NCBI GenBank assembly: GCA_030390025.1
Contig: CM059432.1
Location: forward strand, 58,716,001 to 58,780,000
Source: Squalus acanthias
Taxonomy: Eukaryota
Length of the DNA stretch: 64,000 nucleotides
Reading direction: 5' to 3'
A model generated the notes under the pieces. It was not told the origin of the DNA, did no database searches, and saw nothing but the letters and a program-made list of their open reading frames with translations. The translations under genes and the position numbers were made by a program. This document shows, piece after piece, positions 26,992-38,829 of the stretch. Numbering within the stretch: position 1 is the stretch's first letter; every line of letters starts with the position of its first letter.

Positions 26992-27966
26992 ATGGGGGCT
27001 CGAGTTGTAGCATGACGGGGAGATGGAGCAGAGGCAGCAAAGACAAGCTGCTCGCAGAGGGAGGAGGAGGGGAACGAGGACTCTCGGCAGAAGACCTTAC
27101 GCACCTAGGGTCTTCAGGGAGCACTTCTCCTACCTGCACGTAAGCCAGGAGCAGTGTGTTCGGTGGTTCCACTTCACGAACTCTGCCACCTCTTGGAACC
27201 AGACGTGCAGTCTCGGAGCAGGGTGACGACTGCTCTGCCAGTGTCCCTCAAGGTGACCATGGCCCTGAATGTTTTCGCCAGCGGATCCTTCCAGACTGGA
27301 ACAGACAACATGGACAGAAAACTGCGAGGTTTTTGCTATCACTGCATCGGGGAGGTCACAGACGCTCTGTATGCTCAGAGAGGGGACTTTTGTCTTCTCT
27401 CTAAACAGAGCGAAGGATGCACGTGGCTTTGCCAGGATAGTGGGCTTCCCCATGGTGCAGGGTGCCATCGACTGCACACAAGTGGCTCTGAGGGTGCCGC
27501 ATCTCAATGGTGAGATGTTCCGTAACCGCAAATTGTTCCATTTCAATTGACGTGCAGTTGGTGTACGACCACGCCCAGCACATCATGCTGGTGAATGCCC
27601 GCTATCCTGGCAGCAGTCATGATGCCTTCATCCTGCGCCAGTCCGCTCTACCAGCAATCTTCCAGCCACCACATCGAAACAGAGGGTGGCTGCTTGGCGA
27701 CGAGGGCTCTACACCTGGCTGATAACTCCCCTCTGCAGCCCCACCACTCGTGGCCAGCACACACAATGAGAGCCACGAGGGACGTCATCGAGCAGATCAT
27801 CGGGGTGCCGAAGCAATGGTACCGCTGCCTTGACTGCTCTGGAGGAGCCCTCCAGTACTTCCAATTCGTGGTGGTCTGCTGCTTCCTCCACAACCTGGCC
27901 ATCATGAGGGCGCAGCCCTTGCTATCACGGCTTCTGCAACCACCTCAGGAGGAAGGGAGGAGGTAG
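26992..27966 (+). pseudogene. Harbinger DDE transposase (HARBI1-like), frameshifted
   Basis: ALNVFASGSFQ, GFPMVQGAIDCT, FRNRK, ARYPGSSHDAFIL, WLLGD, TRDVIEQIIG, CCFLHNL spread across frames. Confidence 0.92.
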
Positions 27967-28199
27967 CCTGCATTTCCACTTTCCAGATGGGCTATGCATA
28001 AGCACATCAGACTCCGGTTCCCCTGAATGAAATTCCAGATCCCCGTTGCTCAGCACTTCCCCACCTTACCATCCCTCTGTCACAGAACATCGCGGCTTCT
28101 TCTTGGTCACAATGCTGAAATGAAAGCCATCACAAAACAAACATTCCAAACCACATTTATAAATCATTCAATTCAATACTACATAACAAAGTCAGTTAA

Positions 28200-29981
28200 T
28201 CACCCTTGTGCATTCCCTTAGTGCCTGTCTTACATGTGCCTTTGCCTGTCCTAGTGCTCCTATGAAGTTCTACTCCAGTGGCTGCAGCATAGCTGGTGAA
28301 AGGCTGCTGACTTTCAGTGTGGGAGACTGCAGATGGCCTTGCAGGATGAGCTCTGGGCCTAGAAGACCCAGCTATAGACTGCACCACTTTGACATAGGTG
28401 GCAGTAGTCTGGGCTGGTTGGCTGACCAGACAACAGCAAGGGCACTGGTAGAGTGGCAGTGGTGGAAGTATGAATGCTGTCATCCTAAAAGGACAGCAGG
28501 TTCATGTTGCACGGCGCCACTGCCACTACCCCGGGGCAACGCCTCAGCAATCCTAGTAATCTGTTGGAGAACAGATTGCTGGACTGCTGTGACACCCTGT
28601 AAGCCCCTTTCCACACTGGTAAACGCAGCCATGATGGCAGCAGTCTGAGCTTGCATGACAAAGTCTGAACTTCCACTGCAGCACTCAGATGTCACTTCTG
28701 CTTGTGCTGCAATGGAAGCTGAGACATCAGCCATCAGACCCTGCATCATGGTTGGGTCCACGTGTGCTAATGGAGTTGGCCATCACTTCCATCCTGGAAA
28801 TCATGGGCTCCAAGGTCCGTGCAAAGCCCTGTGCGAAGTTGGTGCCGGATTCCTCCATGCTCCTTGACGTGACAACAGGCTCTCTGGTAGGCCTGCCAAT
28901 GCAGCAAGCATTTCTGTGTGCATGCCCATCACCCTTCTTCTGTAGGCTGCCCTAGTCCTCATTTGAGTCCTCTGCAGCAGAACTCGTGTGACCTCTCCCT
29001 CCAGGGAGCTGGCACCTGCGCAACCCTTTCACCGTGCCCAGTGACTCACCACATGAAGATCCCGCCTTGATACGACCCTCTAAAGTACGCACAGTGCCAG
29101 TTTCTTAGCTGGTGCCTGAGAGTATGAGATTGAGTGACGGTGGCTCTTCTCTATCACTCTCCTCTTGCTCTTCCTGCACTTGCTGGCCAGGTTGGAGTTC
29201 TTTGGTATCTGAAAAGAAAAAGGCAAAAGGGTAGGGTTGTGGGGAGGGGGGAAAGCAAGATGTGCATGCTTACACCATCAGCAGCTTGTAAGCGCGAACA
29301 GATTGTGGGATGTGAGGAGGAGGATTAGGTATGAACATACCGTCATAATGGTTTCAGCCTGACCAATCGCCTCCGTGTCGGGCCCTCCAATAATGTCAAG
29401 CACGGTCTCCTCCAGCTGGGTCAGGATGTGCAGTCTTGCCCATCCTCTGCCGGTTAGCTGCTGCTGCCTGCGGTTATGAGCCACTTTGCACTGCGAGAGA
29501 GGGAAGTGTGTGAGTGAGTGTGGTGCAATGTGATTGGGCGATGTCGTGGTTGAATAGCGAGATGTGGATGTGAGGCTTGCAGCAGTGGTAAGTGTGTGAG
29601 GGTGAAGTGAAGCTAGGAATGTGAGGTATGGATCATGATTGCTAGAGATTGTTGGTAGGTGAGTGATGAGGTGTGGTGTGTTGAGCAGGGTGAGGCTAGT
29701 AGTGCAGTTGTTGGGAGATGGCTTTTTTAAGATGAATTCACTGACCTTGACCACTTGTGAGGACATTGAACTTCTTTTGGCACTGGATCCAGGTCCTCGG
29801 GGCAAGACTGTTGGCAGTGACTGCTTCGGCTATCTGTTCCCACTGCCTTCTGACTGTGTCTAGAGGGCCTCCTGGCCCCCTGCGGGTACAGGACCTGTCT
29901 CCTCCTTTCTACCCCCTGCACTAAGGCTGCCAGTGCTGCATCGGAGAACCTTGGTGCCCTTTCTCTGCCCTGTTGAGCCAT
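28200..29981 (-). pseudogene. Harbinger Myb/SANT-like (trihelix) DNA-binding protein, spliced and decayed
   Basis: MAQQGRERAPRFSDAALAALVQGVERRRQVLYP then APRTWIQCQKKFN; later segment KVAHNRRQQQLTGRG..LTQLEETVLDIIG; 3' end approximate. Confidence 0.8.
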
Positions 29982-30883
29982 TACTCAGTCACGGTTGCCT
30001 TAATGAGCACCTCAAGCAGCTGCTGAATGCACCTCCCCTTTTAAGAGGTGCAGGCTGCCTTTAAAAGTGGAGGCTAGCCTCACACAAACTTCACAGCCAC
30101 TGAGCAGCGCACTCCGCACTGGGCTGCATGCATCAATCATGGTAATTAGCAGGCAGCACGAAAGTCGCGTGCTGCCTGCATTACTTTCAACGGCCACGGG
30201 CCAATCACTCATCGCTATCCCCTCCCCCGTTTTTGGGCCTAATCGAGTTTTTAACCCAGAGTGACTGAGTACTTGGACAAATATGAACTGCTCAAAGCGC
30301 CAGCATGGTTATGTAAACAGCAAGTCATGTCTAATGAACCAAGTTGAATTTTTTGAGGAGGTAACTAATGTGGTAGATAAGGGTGTATCTATGGATGTTA
30401 TTTATATGGACTTCCAAAAGGCATGTTCCACATAAGAGATTGTTAACAAAATTGGGAGCACATGGAATTAGAGGCAACCTATTGACATGCGTAGGGAATT
30501 GTTTAGGAGGTAGGAGACAGAGTAGGGATAATGGGTATGTACTCAAATTGGCAGGATGTGACTATTGGTGTCTCCCAGGGAGCTGTACTGGGGCCTCATT
30601 TTTCACTATATTGATAAATGACTTGGATAAAGGAATAGCAAGCCATATATCCAAGTTTGCTGATGACACCAAGTTAGGTGGCACAGTAAATAGTGTAGGT
30701 GGGAGCAGAAAGTTGCAAAGGGACATTGATAGATTAAGTGAGTGGGGAAAAACTCTGGCAGATGGAGTTCAATGTGGGGAAGTGTGAGGTCATCCACTTT
30801 GGGCCTAAAAGATAGATCAGAGTATTCTCTAAATGGTGATAAGCTAGGAACTGTGAAGGAGCAGAGAGGGGTCTAAGTACAGA

Positions 30884-31290
30884 CATACTCTTTGGAGTTT
30901 AGAAGAATGAGGTGATCTCATTGAAACACAAGATTCTGAAGGGGATTGACAGGGTAGATGCTGAGAGGTTGTTTCCCCTGGCTGGAGTGTCTAGAACTAG
31001 GGGGCATAGTCTCAGGATTAGGGGGTAGGCCTTTTAAGACTGAGATGAAGAGGAATTTCTTCACTCAGAGGGTTGTGAATCTTTGGAATTCTTGGCCCCA
31101 GAGGGCTGTGGATGCTGAGTCTTTGAGTATATTCAAGGCTGAGATAGATTGTTAGACTCTAGGGGAATCGAGGGATATGGAGATTGGGCGGGAAAGTGGA
31201 GTTGAGGTGGATGATCAGCCATGATCTTGAATGGCGGAGCAGGCTCGAGGGGTCATATGGCCGCCTCCTGCTCCTATTTCTTATGTTCTT
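30884..31290 (+). mobile_element. Younger CR1 3' fragment nested in the host CR1
   Basis: YSLEFRRM..PFKTEMKRNFFTQRVVNLWNS and tail ttcttatgttctt; host resumes at aaatcattaaaagc. Confidence 0.85.
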
Positions 31291-31390
31291 AAATCATTAA
31301 AAGCTGGTGGACAAGTACAAAAAATAATTTAAAGGGCTATTGGAATGTTGCCCTGGAATACAAAGCGATGGAAGTTGTGTTAGTTATGTC

Positions 31391-31427
31391 AGTTCTGATG
31401 AAAGGTCATCGACCTGAAACGTTAACT
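31391..31427 (+). ncRNA. Hammerhead motif (family A) in a Penelope repeat fragment (31390-31492), sense to the host pre-mRNA
   Basis: AGTT-CTGATGA-A-AGGTC-ATC-GACCT-GAAA-CG-TT-AACT. Confidence 0.7.
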
Positions 31428-31532
31428 TTGTTTCTCTTTCCACAGATGCTGTCTGAGCTGCTGAGTATTTGCAGCATTTTTTGTTTTTATTTAATTATAT
31501 CAAGCCCTGGTTAGACCCCATTTAGAGTACTG

Positions 31533-31786
31533 TGTACTCCACACCTTGGGAAGGAGATATTGCCCTTGGAGGGGGTGCAGCAGATTAACCAGAATGATAC
31601 CTGGGCTAAAAGGATTAAATTATGAGGACAGATTGCATAGACTAGACTTGCATACCCTTGTACTCCACACCTTGGGAAGGAGATATTGCCCTTGGAGGGG
31701 GTGCAGCAGATTAACCAGAATGATACCTGGGCTAAAAGGATTAAATTATGAGGACAGATTGCATAGACTAGACTTGCATACCCTTG
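31533..31786 (+). repeat. Perfect 126-bp tandem duplication
   Basis: tgtactccacacc..cataccct starts at 31533 and again at 31659. Confidence 0.95.
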
Positions 31787-31979
31787 AGTATTAAGGGGTG
31801 ATCTAATTGAGGTGTTTTAAGATGATCAAAGGAGTTGATAGGGTAGATAGAGAAACTATTTCCTCTGGTGGAGGAGTGCAGAACAAGACGGCATAACCTT
31901 TAAAATGAGAGAGAAGCCATTCAGGGGTGATGTCAGAAAGCACTTCTTCACAAAAAGGGTAGTGGAAATCTGGAACTCT

Positions 31980-31984
<5 letters not shown>

Positions 31985-32022
<38 letters not shown>
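31985..32022. repeat. (CT)n microsatellite
   Basis: Direct reading. Confidence 0.95.
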
Positions 32023-32029
<7 letters not shown>

Positions 32030-33002
32030 CCCCCCCCAAAAAAAGCTGCTGAGGTTAGGTCAATTTAAAATTTCAAAACTGAGTGATAGATTTTTGTCAG
32101 GCAAGGGTTATGGAACCAAGGCATGTAGATGGAGTTGAGATACAAATCAGCCATGATCTAATTGAATGGTGGAACAGGTTTGCGGGGCTGAATGGCCAAC
32201 TTCTGTTCCTATGTTCCTAAATCCTATGTTGAGGTTTGTCATTGACTGATTGATACAGGGACTATCTCAGTCTCCATATCGTAGATATTAAAATTTCTCC
32301 CAAGTGCTTTTGTCTTGTGCTCACAACAAAAAGGCAGTTTCCATTAGCAAACCTTCAATGGGTGTTGAGTGGGGATAACGTGCTACGGGACTAACGGTTG
32401 CTCCTTGATTATGGTATTGACTACTAGATTACCTAAGACACCCCCTTTGAAAGGGGGGCAGTTTCTGTTGGACCACGATATACCGATTAAAACTAGGTCT
32501 GATTTATTTGCAAGTAAACTAATGTACATGAGCTGTGAGGCATAGCAAGGTAGAGGGTCCCAATTCACAGAACACAAAAATAAAACAGTACTTTAACCCC
32601 TTGTGCAAACATTCTAGCGTATTTCTTGCATAGCTTGATAATCAGTAAGACTTTTACATACTGCAATGTTGTGAGGGTTATATTGAATTTGTTCTGCCAT
32701 GAAGTTCAAATTTCTAGTCAGAAGTAAAGATGAGAACATTCCCAATTTTGAAAAGCACAAAAGCCCCTGAAGCCAGACCTGTTAATCATCGTGTACTAAA
32801 AGCAATAGTAGGTGATATTGAAGATCCTGCTAAGTGGCAGGTGTGCACATCTTATCCAGGTCATCTTACCTGCTAATGCTTTCAGCATGTATAATTTAGT
32901 TAGCATCTAATTTACAAGACAACAACCTGGCCTAGAGCTTGCCGGCCAGTAGGCTCTGATCTCAATTTTGAAATTTGGTAAGGAAATGCAGTTTCCATTT
33001 TA

Positions 33003-33421
33003 CAGGAAACTTTCGTTTATCCGGCATCGACGGGACCGGCGTGGTGCCGGTTTATCGAAAGTACCGGATAACGGAGAGTTATATCTACCGAGGCTATTTT
33101 TAACAAAGAGACTCCAGGCAGTGTGGGAGAATCAACTCCTGCTACTGCAGTGTTTCGGACTTCCGACAGCGCCAGGAGGCCGAGTAGTGGCACTTTTGAA
33201 AAGTACCCCTACTGACTAAATCGGCGTTCGCGGACTCGGACTCTGGATCGGCAACATTGCCGGTTATTTGAGAGGAGTTTTCGGAGCACTCGGCGTTCGC
33301 GGAGACTCGACTGCGACTCGGCAACATTGCCGGTTATTTGAGAGGAGTTTTCGGAGGATGATTTTTGCCGGTTAAGCGAGAATTCCGGATATTTGGGTGC
33401 CGGATAAACGAAAGTTTCCTG
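33003..33421 (+). mobile_element. Tc1/mariner (Tigger/pogo-like) MITE, copy 2
   Basis: Perfect 24-bp TIR caggaaactttcgtttatccggca, TA TSD; internal ~70-bp tandem repeat at 33221-33356. Confidence 0.93.
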
Positions 33422-33564
33422 TACTTCTACCTCCTTTAAAACACTGCATAAAATGAAGTTAGAAATTCTTTTATTTCAACACTCAGCAGTTCTGCAGCTT
33501 AATCGTTTAGCCTGAGTAAACGTTGTCACTCCTTCTGATCCCTCTGTTGGTAGATAACAATTTA

Positions 33565-34023
33565 CATAAGAACATAAATAGGAGCAGGAGTAGGCCATAC
33601 GGCCCCTCGAGCCTGCTCCGCCATTCAATAAGACCAGGCTGATCATCGACCTCAACTCCACTTTCCCGCCCGATATCCATATCCCTTGATTCCCCTAGAG
33701 TCCAACAATCTATCTATCTCCGCCTTGAATATACTCAACGATTCAGCATCCACAGCCCTCTGGGGCAGAGAATTCCAAAGAATCACAACCCTGAGTGAAG
33801 AAATTCCTCCTCATCTCGGTCTCAAATGGCCAACCCCTTATCCTGAGACTATGTCCCCTAGTTCTAGACACTCCAGCCAGGGGAAATAACCTCTCAGCAT
33901 CTACCCTGTCAATCCCCTTCAGAATCTTGCATGTTTCAATGAGATCACCTCTCATTCTTCTAAACTCCAGAGAGTATAGGACCATTCTACACAATCTCTC
34001 ATCATAGCACAGCCCTCTCATCC
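33565..34023 (-). mobile_element. CR1 LINE 3' fragment
   Basis: Minus ORF MRGLCYDERL..YSLEFRRMRGDLIET..EMRRNFFTQ; cataagaacata tail. Confidence 0.92.
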
Positions 34024-34399
34024 TTTATACAGGATTGTACACCAGTAGGCCACAAACATTTTCAGAGTCTCATTATAAAACAAAACTCCATGAAATTCTT
34101 GAATATCTGGTTGAAGTTTTAAACATTCATAGCCAAAGTCTGAATCTTGTCTTCAAGTACAGATCACAGATGTAAAATAACAAGTATTGTTCCCATTTAA
34201 TAACTATTCCAGACTCAAACTATAAAATTTTTACATTCTAGTAACAAATTGTTCATACAGTTCAGCGTCTAGAACTGTGTTGATTATTGTGAATTGATTT
34301 GAATTTAGAATGCTGCAAGGAAACAGTGACCTTTTTGAGACCAAATTTAAAATGTCTATTGTAATGTTGTGTCTAAATAAATATAAAAACACTTGCAAT

Positions 34400-35185
34400 C
34401 ATAGATATGATGGGGTTATAGGGTGTATTCACAGGGTAATTCACTATAAAACACAGCATACCATTTTGTCCTTGTCCAAGATCTTGGTTAGGCTTCAGTT
34501 AGATTACGGCGTCCAATTTTGGTCTTCTCACATGGGACATATTGAGGCTTTGGAAAGGTACAGAGTAAGACCACAAGATTAATTTCCAGTTTAAAATGCC
34601 TTAGTTACCCAGATAGGCTCAACAAAGTTATGTGTCTCTACTTTTAGCTGAAGCATTGACTTAGGGTGATTTGATTGAGGTTTACAAAATAATGAAGGGA
34701 CTAGATTGCATTTATGTAGACCATTATTTCAACTTGAATAAGTTAGAGAGGACTGGGGGTCACGCTTACAAGTTATATAAGGGCAAAACTAGGTTGGATG
34801 TTAGGCGGTTTGTCTTTCCCAGAGAATAGTGGAATAGGTTGCTGACTCATGCGGTGACTGCTGATTCGTTGTTTTCCTTCAAGTGAGAGCTGGACTTGTT
34901 TCTGGCTGGAGCGGAGGTCACCTTGTACAAGAGTATCCTGTAATGGAAATCCGGATCAGTGTGATCTCCTGGGCTAGTTTTGATTGCTTAAGGGAGTCGG
35001 AGAGGAACATTCTACTTTTGTTTTGCCCTAATTGGACTAGGTTTTTATCTAGTTTTTTCACCTCTTCTAGGAGATTGCTTAGGTAGGGAGTATATGTATT
35101 GTGATGCATAAGGTATCAACTGTGCGGGACAGGCTTTATGGACCAGTAGGTCGGTCTTGTCCATTATTTTTGTACGTTCATGTAT
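34400..35185 (+). mobile_element. Divergent CR1 subfamily 3' fragment
   Basis: LVRLQLDYGVQFWS..ALER, GDLIEVYKIMKG, TGGHAYKL. Confidence 0.75.
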
Positions 35186-35403
35186 TTGTAATAAGGTGGC
35201 TGGCTGGTGAAGCAATTGAGAACTAAAATGTAAAGAATATCGAACCTATTTAACTCTCAATGTATGTCAAGGATGTTAGTGTTCAGGGACTACAGATTAG
35301 ATGTCAAATGCAGTGGTGTCGCTTAGTAATGGACACCCGGGAGGTAAAGGAAGAACCCCCATTGGTACAGTAGCTTTCCAATGCACTACTGGATTTGGAA
35401 ATA

Positions 35404-37373
35404 CAATCTACTCAATTTGAAGTTGCTTAATTCAAATTATTTCTAATTCTAATTGAAACTGCAAAGATCTGCATCCCATTGTAGATGAATTGGTTAATTT
35501 GAGCCTTTTTAATTCAAATTATTGGTTAATTAAATTCCCACCCCAAATGGGTCGTAACTAGTGAAATATGCTGCTTAATTCTAAATCAAACCTGTGATCA
35601 ATACCTGGTGCCTTGGTGTGGCAGCCCTCTAGCACCCTAGTGCAGTACACAATTGATTGGAGTTGTAGCGCAGTCTGAAAGAAGTTTTAGGATGGGTTTG
35701 AAGGCACGGCTAGCCAGAAGTACCACTGAGGAAAAGTACAAGATCATTAAATATATGGAGAAGCACAATGAAGAACATTGTGGCACAGAAATTTAACATC
35801 ACCCTCTCCACCCTCTCCGCCTATCTAGAAATGAGAAGAGAATCACTGCTGATTAGCAGCAGAATTTTTCCAGCTGTAGGAATAGGATACCTACCTGAGC
35901 TTGTCCTAATACTGAATCATCTGTGAGCTGGTTCAAGCACGGTAGAACAGCTAACCATCTTGGACTATTTCATCTTATCACTGAATAAGTGAATTTGCTG
36001 AAGAAATTGGAACCGACCCTGTTTCTGCATGATTTATCAGCTACCTACACTGGTGGGAGGATGTAATTCCAGCGTGACAAGTTTACATGGGTATTGTACG
36101 TGTGGACATCGCATCATAATTCAAAAAGTTGTCAGGAAGTGTGCGCAGAAGGTTTTTAATGTTACTAGTTGGTCTTCTGTGGTGATGCTCATGTAAGTCC
36201 AGGTTAAACGTAGTATTCATGTCAAAGATGTAAGTACAAGAGTGGGAAGGTGGAAGGCAAGGAGGCAGGTTGAGGATGGTGGAGGGGCAGATGGGAAATG
36301 TGCTCGTGAGGGGAGAAACCTGCTCAGTGAGGGTGGGGGGAAAATAAGCTCAGCAAGGAGAAGTAAAGGGGCTTATGTGCTGCCGATACAACTCTTGTTT
36401 CTGTGCTGCTGGGATAAGTCATGCTTCTTGGCCACTGGGGAAAAACTGAGCTGCTGTGCTGTCTGGAGAAATGTAGTTTCAATGCAGGACTTGAAGTACA
36501 GTTGATGGGACATTGATTCAGGTGGCTGTAACATTAAAGAAAAGGGAGGGGAGAACATTGCTTTGAATCATGTTAAACCACACTTTCTAGCATGTGAATG
36601 CAACTGAGCTAATATTTCTACTACCAAACACAACATTTATGATCCAGCCAATGGGATGCTGGTGTGATTTTTATGCTAACCAGAAATATTAGGTGTAAAA
36701 AATGATTGCTGTGTGCGATGCTGGTGTGCTATTTTTGTTAAATATTCTGAATGCAATCCACATGATCCATTCATCACGGGGAGTTGAAAGCAGAGTTCAT
36801 CGCCAACTGCTTTGGTATTGTAAAATCATCCCAGCAGGGAGGAAGCCGCTCCATCTGACAGTTGAGAATGCAATAAACATACTGATTGCTAACTCTGAAG
36901 CAGTGAACCTCTAAGCGCAAGAGTTCACTGTCACTGCCAGAAAATGTAACTTTTGAATCCATTATTGGTGTTGATAAGGAAGTTCTCATGTCTGGATTGC
37001 TGACTGATGGAGTTTGTTGATGCTGAATGGGAGGATGGTGGAGTTAGTGAAAGTGAGGAAGGGGTCCTGGTGAATGTATCCAATGAGCAGACAGAGTATG
37101 AACCAGCTCACGCAACTGATTTGGTGTCTAGTTATGTGTGATTGTTGAGCAAGTGGCTGACAATTAAGTCAGATGTCCCTATGGAATTTTTATTTTCGTG
37201 GACCAATCTGCTGTGGGGAGGAAACAAACCACAATTAGAGTAGCTTGTGAAGTGACAGAACTTAGTTTTGTTTAATGCCATTTTAAATGTTGCATTAAAA
37301 TTGCTTAATTTAAACTGTTGGAAAATTCTATATTTTTCAAGCAAATGTCTACTTTAAATTAACGAGTAGACTG
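35404..37373 (+). mobile_element. Ancient Tigger/pogo-like autonomous transposon fossil
   Basis: TA-flanked TIRs caatctactc..aatttgaagt / actttaaatt..gagtagactg; CENP-B-type HTH EEKYKIIKYME..VAQKFNITLSTLS (~35730-35820); DDE_1 motif ELIFLLPNTTFMIQPM/DAGVI (36606-36670). Confidence 0.8.
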
Positions 37374-37839
37374 TATGTGGTGAGAATGAAATAAAGGCCA
37401 TAGTAGCAATTTGATATAAACCAGCAGGTCAAAACAAAAAAAGGAACGGATTATTCTATGTACACAAGCTCCTCATCGCTTCAAAGTTGATAAATTGGTT
37501 AAGGTCCCCATTAACATCTGGAATCTGACTCCTTAATGACAAGTGACCCAGATAGGATGCTGTGGACACATAATGTTGCACTTGTGTGACATCAAACATA
37601 ATGTGATCAAATTTGACATGATATAGGATAAACTAATACCCAGGTATACAAATTTAAAAGGATAACTTCAGAGAAATGAGGAAACAGCTTAATCAAATTG
37701 ACGGGATAAGAAAACCTTACTTGTGGGGAAAATTAAATATTTTTAAAGATGTTTATATTGAGGACTGTAAACTCTTCAGATGCATTAACAAAACAATGCA
37801 AAAGTGAAAGAAAAAGAAAAAAAAACAAGCTCTACAAGC

Positions 37840-37998
37840 TTTGGCCAATATTTATCCCTTGACCAAAAACAGATTAATTGGTAATTTTATCATCTTTGCT
37901 GCTTGTGGGACCTTGCTGCAAGTAAATTTCCTGCGTAACCGTGATTACACTTTAAAAGTAATTCATTGGTTGTGAAGCATTTTAGGATGTGAAAAGGT
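37840..37998 (+). mobile_element. SacSINE1-like 3' fragment
   Basis: ggccaatatttatccct..aagtaattcattggttgtgaagca..gtgaaaaggtgct. Confidence 0.65.
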
Positions 37999-38317
37999 GC
38001 TGGAACAACATGTACTTGTATCGCACCAGTGGTGGTAGAAGGGGTAGGCATGTACAAGAGTTGGGTGAACAGGGTTTTGGGAGGAGAGGAATAGCACTGT
38101 AGGAGATCAGAGATTGGGTAGTGTGAGGTCACGCAGGGATTGAAAGATGATAAATTTTGGTATTGGTGGATGGGGAGCTAATGCTAGTGAGTGAGGACTG
38201 GGGTGATGGGTTAGCAGGGATTGGTGTGGGACTGGATATGTTTTAGACAAGTTGGAGTTTGGAGGCCAGCAAGGAGAATTTTGGTGTAAGTGAGTTTGGA
38301 GGTGGCAAAAGCATATA

Positions 38318-38672
38318 CAGGAAACTCTTTCGTATCCGGCACCGACGGGACCGGGATGGTGCCGGTTGATTAAAAATTCCGGATAACGGAGAGGTATATC
38401 TACCGAGGCTATTTTTAACAAACAAAAATAAAAAAATCAAGAAATGTGCAGTATAATTGGGTACTCCCCAACAGAATGTTGTGTTAAATGGATGGTGGAA
38501 GATGCTTGATTAAGTACAGTAATGCCAGTTGAGGGTAATCCATAACTCTTTAATTACCTAACAGTAAAACAAAACTGATAAACGACTGTATACTGTAGTT
38601 TTCGGAGTATGAATTCTGCCGGTTATTAGAGAATTCCGGATATTTAGGTGCCGTTTAAACGAGAGTTTCCTG
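38318..38672 (+). mobile_element. Tc1/mariner (Tigger/pogo-like) MITE, copy 3
   Basis: TIRs caggaaactctttcgtatccggcac / gtgccgtttaaacgagagtttcctg; TA TSD. Confidence 0.9.
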
Positions 38673-38829
38673 TATAAGGATTAATCCATATAAGTAGCAA
38701 TTGGGGTTGAGGTAAGGGATGAGGTGGGCAATGTTGTGGGTGTGAAAGTAAGCAGGCTCTTTGTAATGGATAGGATATAGGGTTTCAAGCCAAACTCTGG
38801 CCAAACAGAACAATGAGGTTGCACACTGT

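Larger units (their letters stand above)
26493..30257. mobile_element. Full-length PIF/Harbinger DNA transposon fossil (~3.77 kb)
   Basis: Cleanly interrupts the CR1 ORF; degenerate TIRs ggtcacgaaattc / gagtttttaaccc, flanks aaa / aga; two convergent genes inside. Confidence 0.9.
26335..32218 (+). mobile_element. CR1 LINE host element carrying nested Harbinger, CR1 and Penelope insertions
   Basis: ..PLDWKIAHVTPLFKKG..GKLLE at 26370-26490 continues as RVTEYLDKYELL..QHG at 30258; FADDTK at 30656; 3' UTR to ~32218. Confidence 0.9.

Noticed and set aside
26992..27966. Possible host HARBI1 gene
   Set aside because: Multiple frameshifts, paired with a Myb-like ORF, and inserted in a CR1; a dead transposon
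33221..33356. CRISPR-like repeats
   Set aside because: Eukaryotic context; only two units inside a MITE, no spacers
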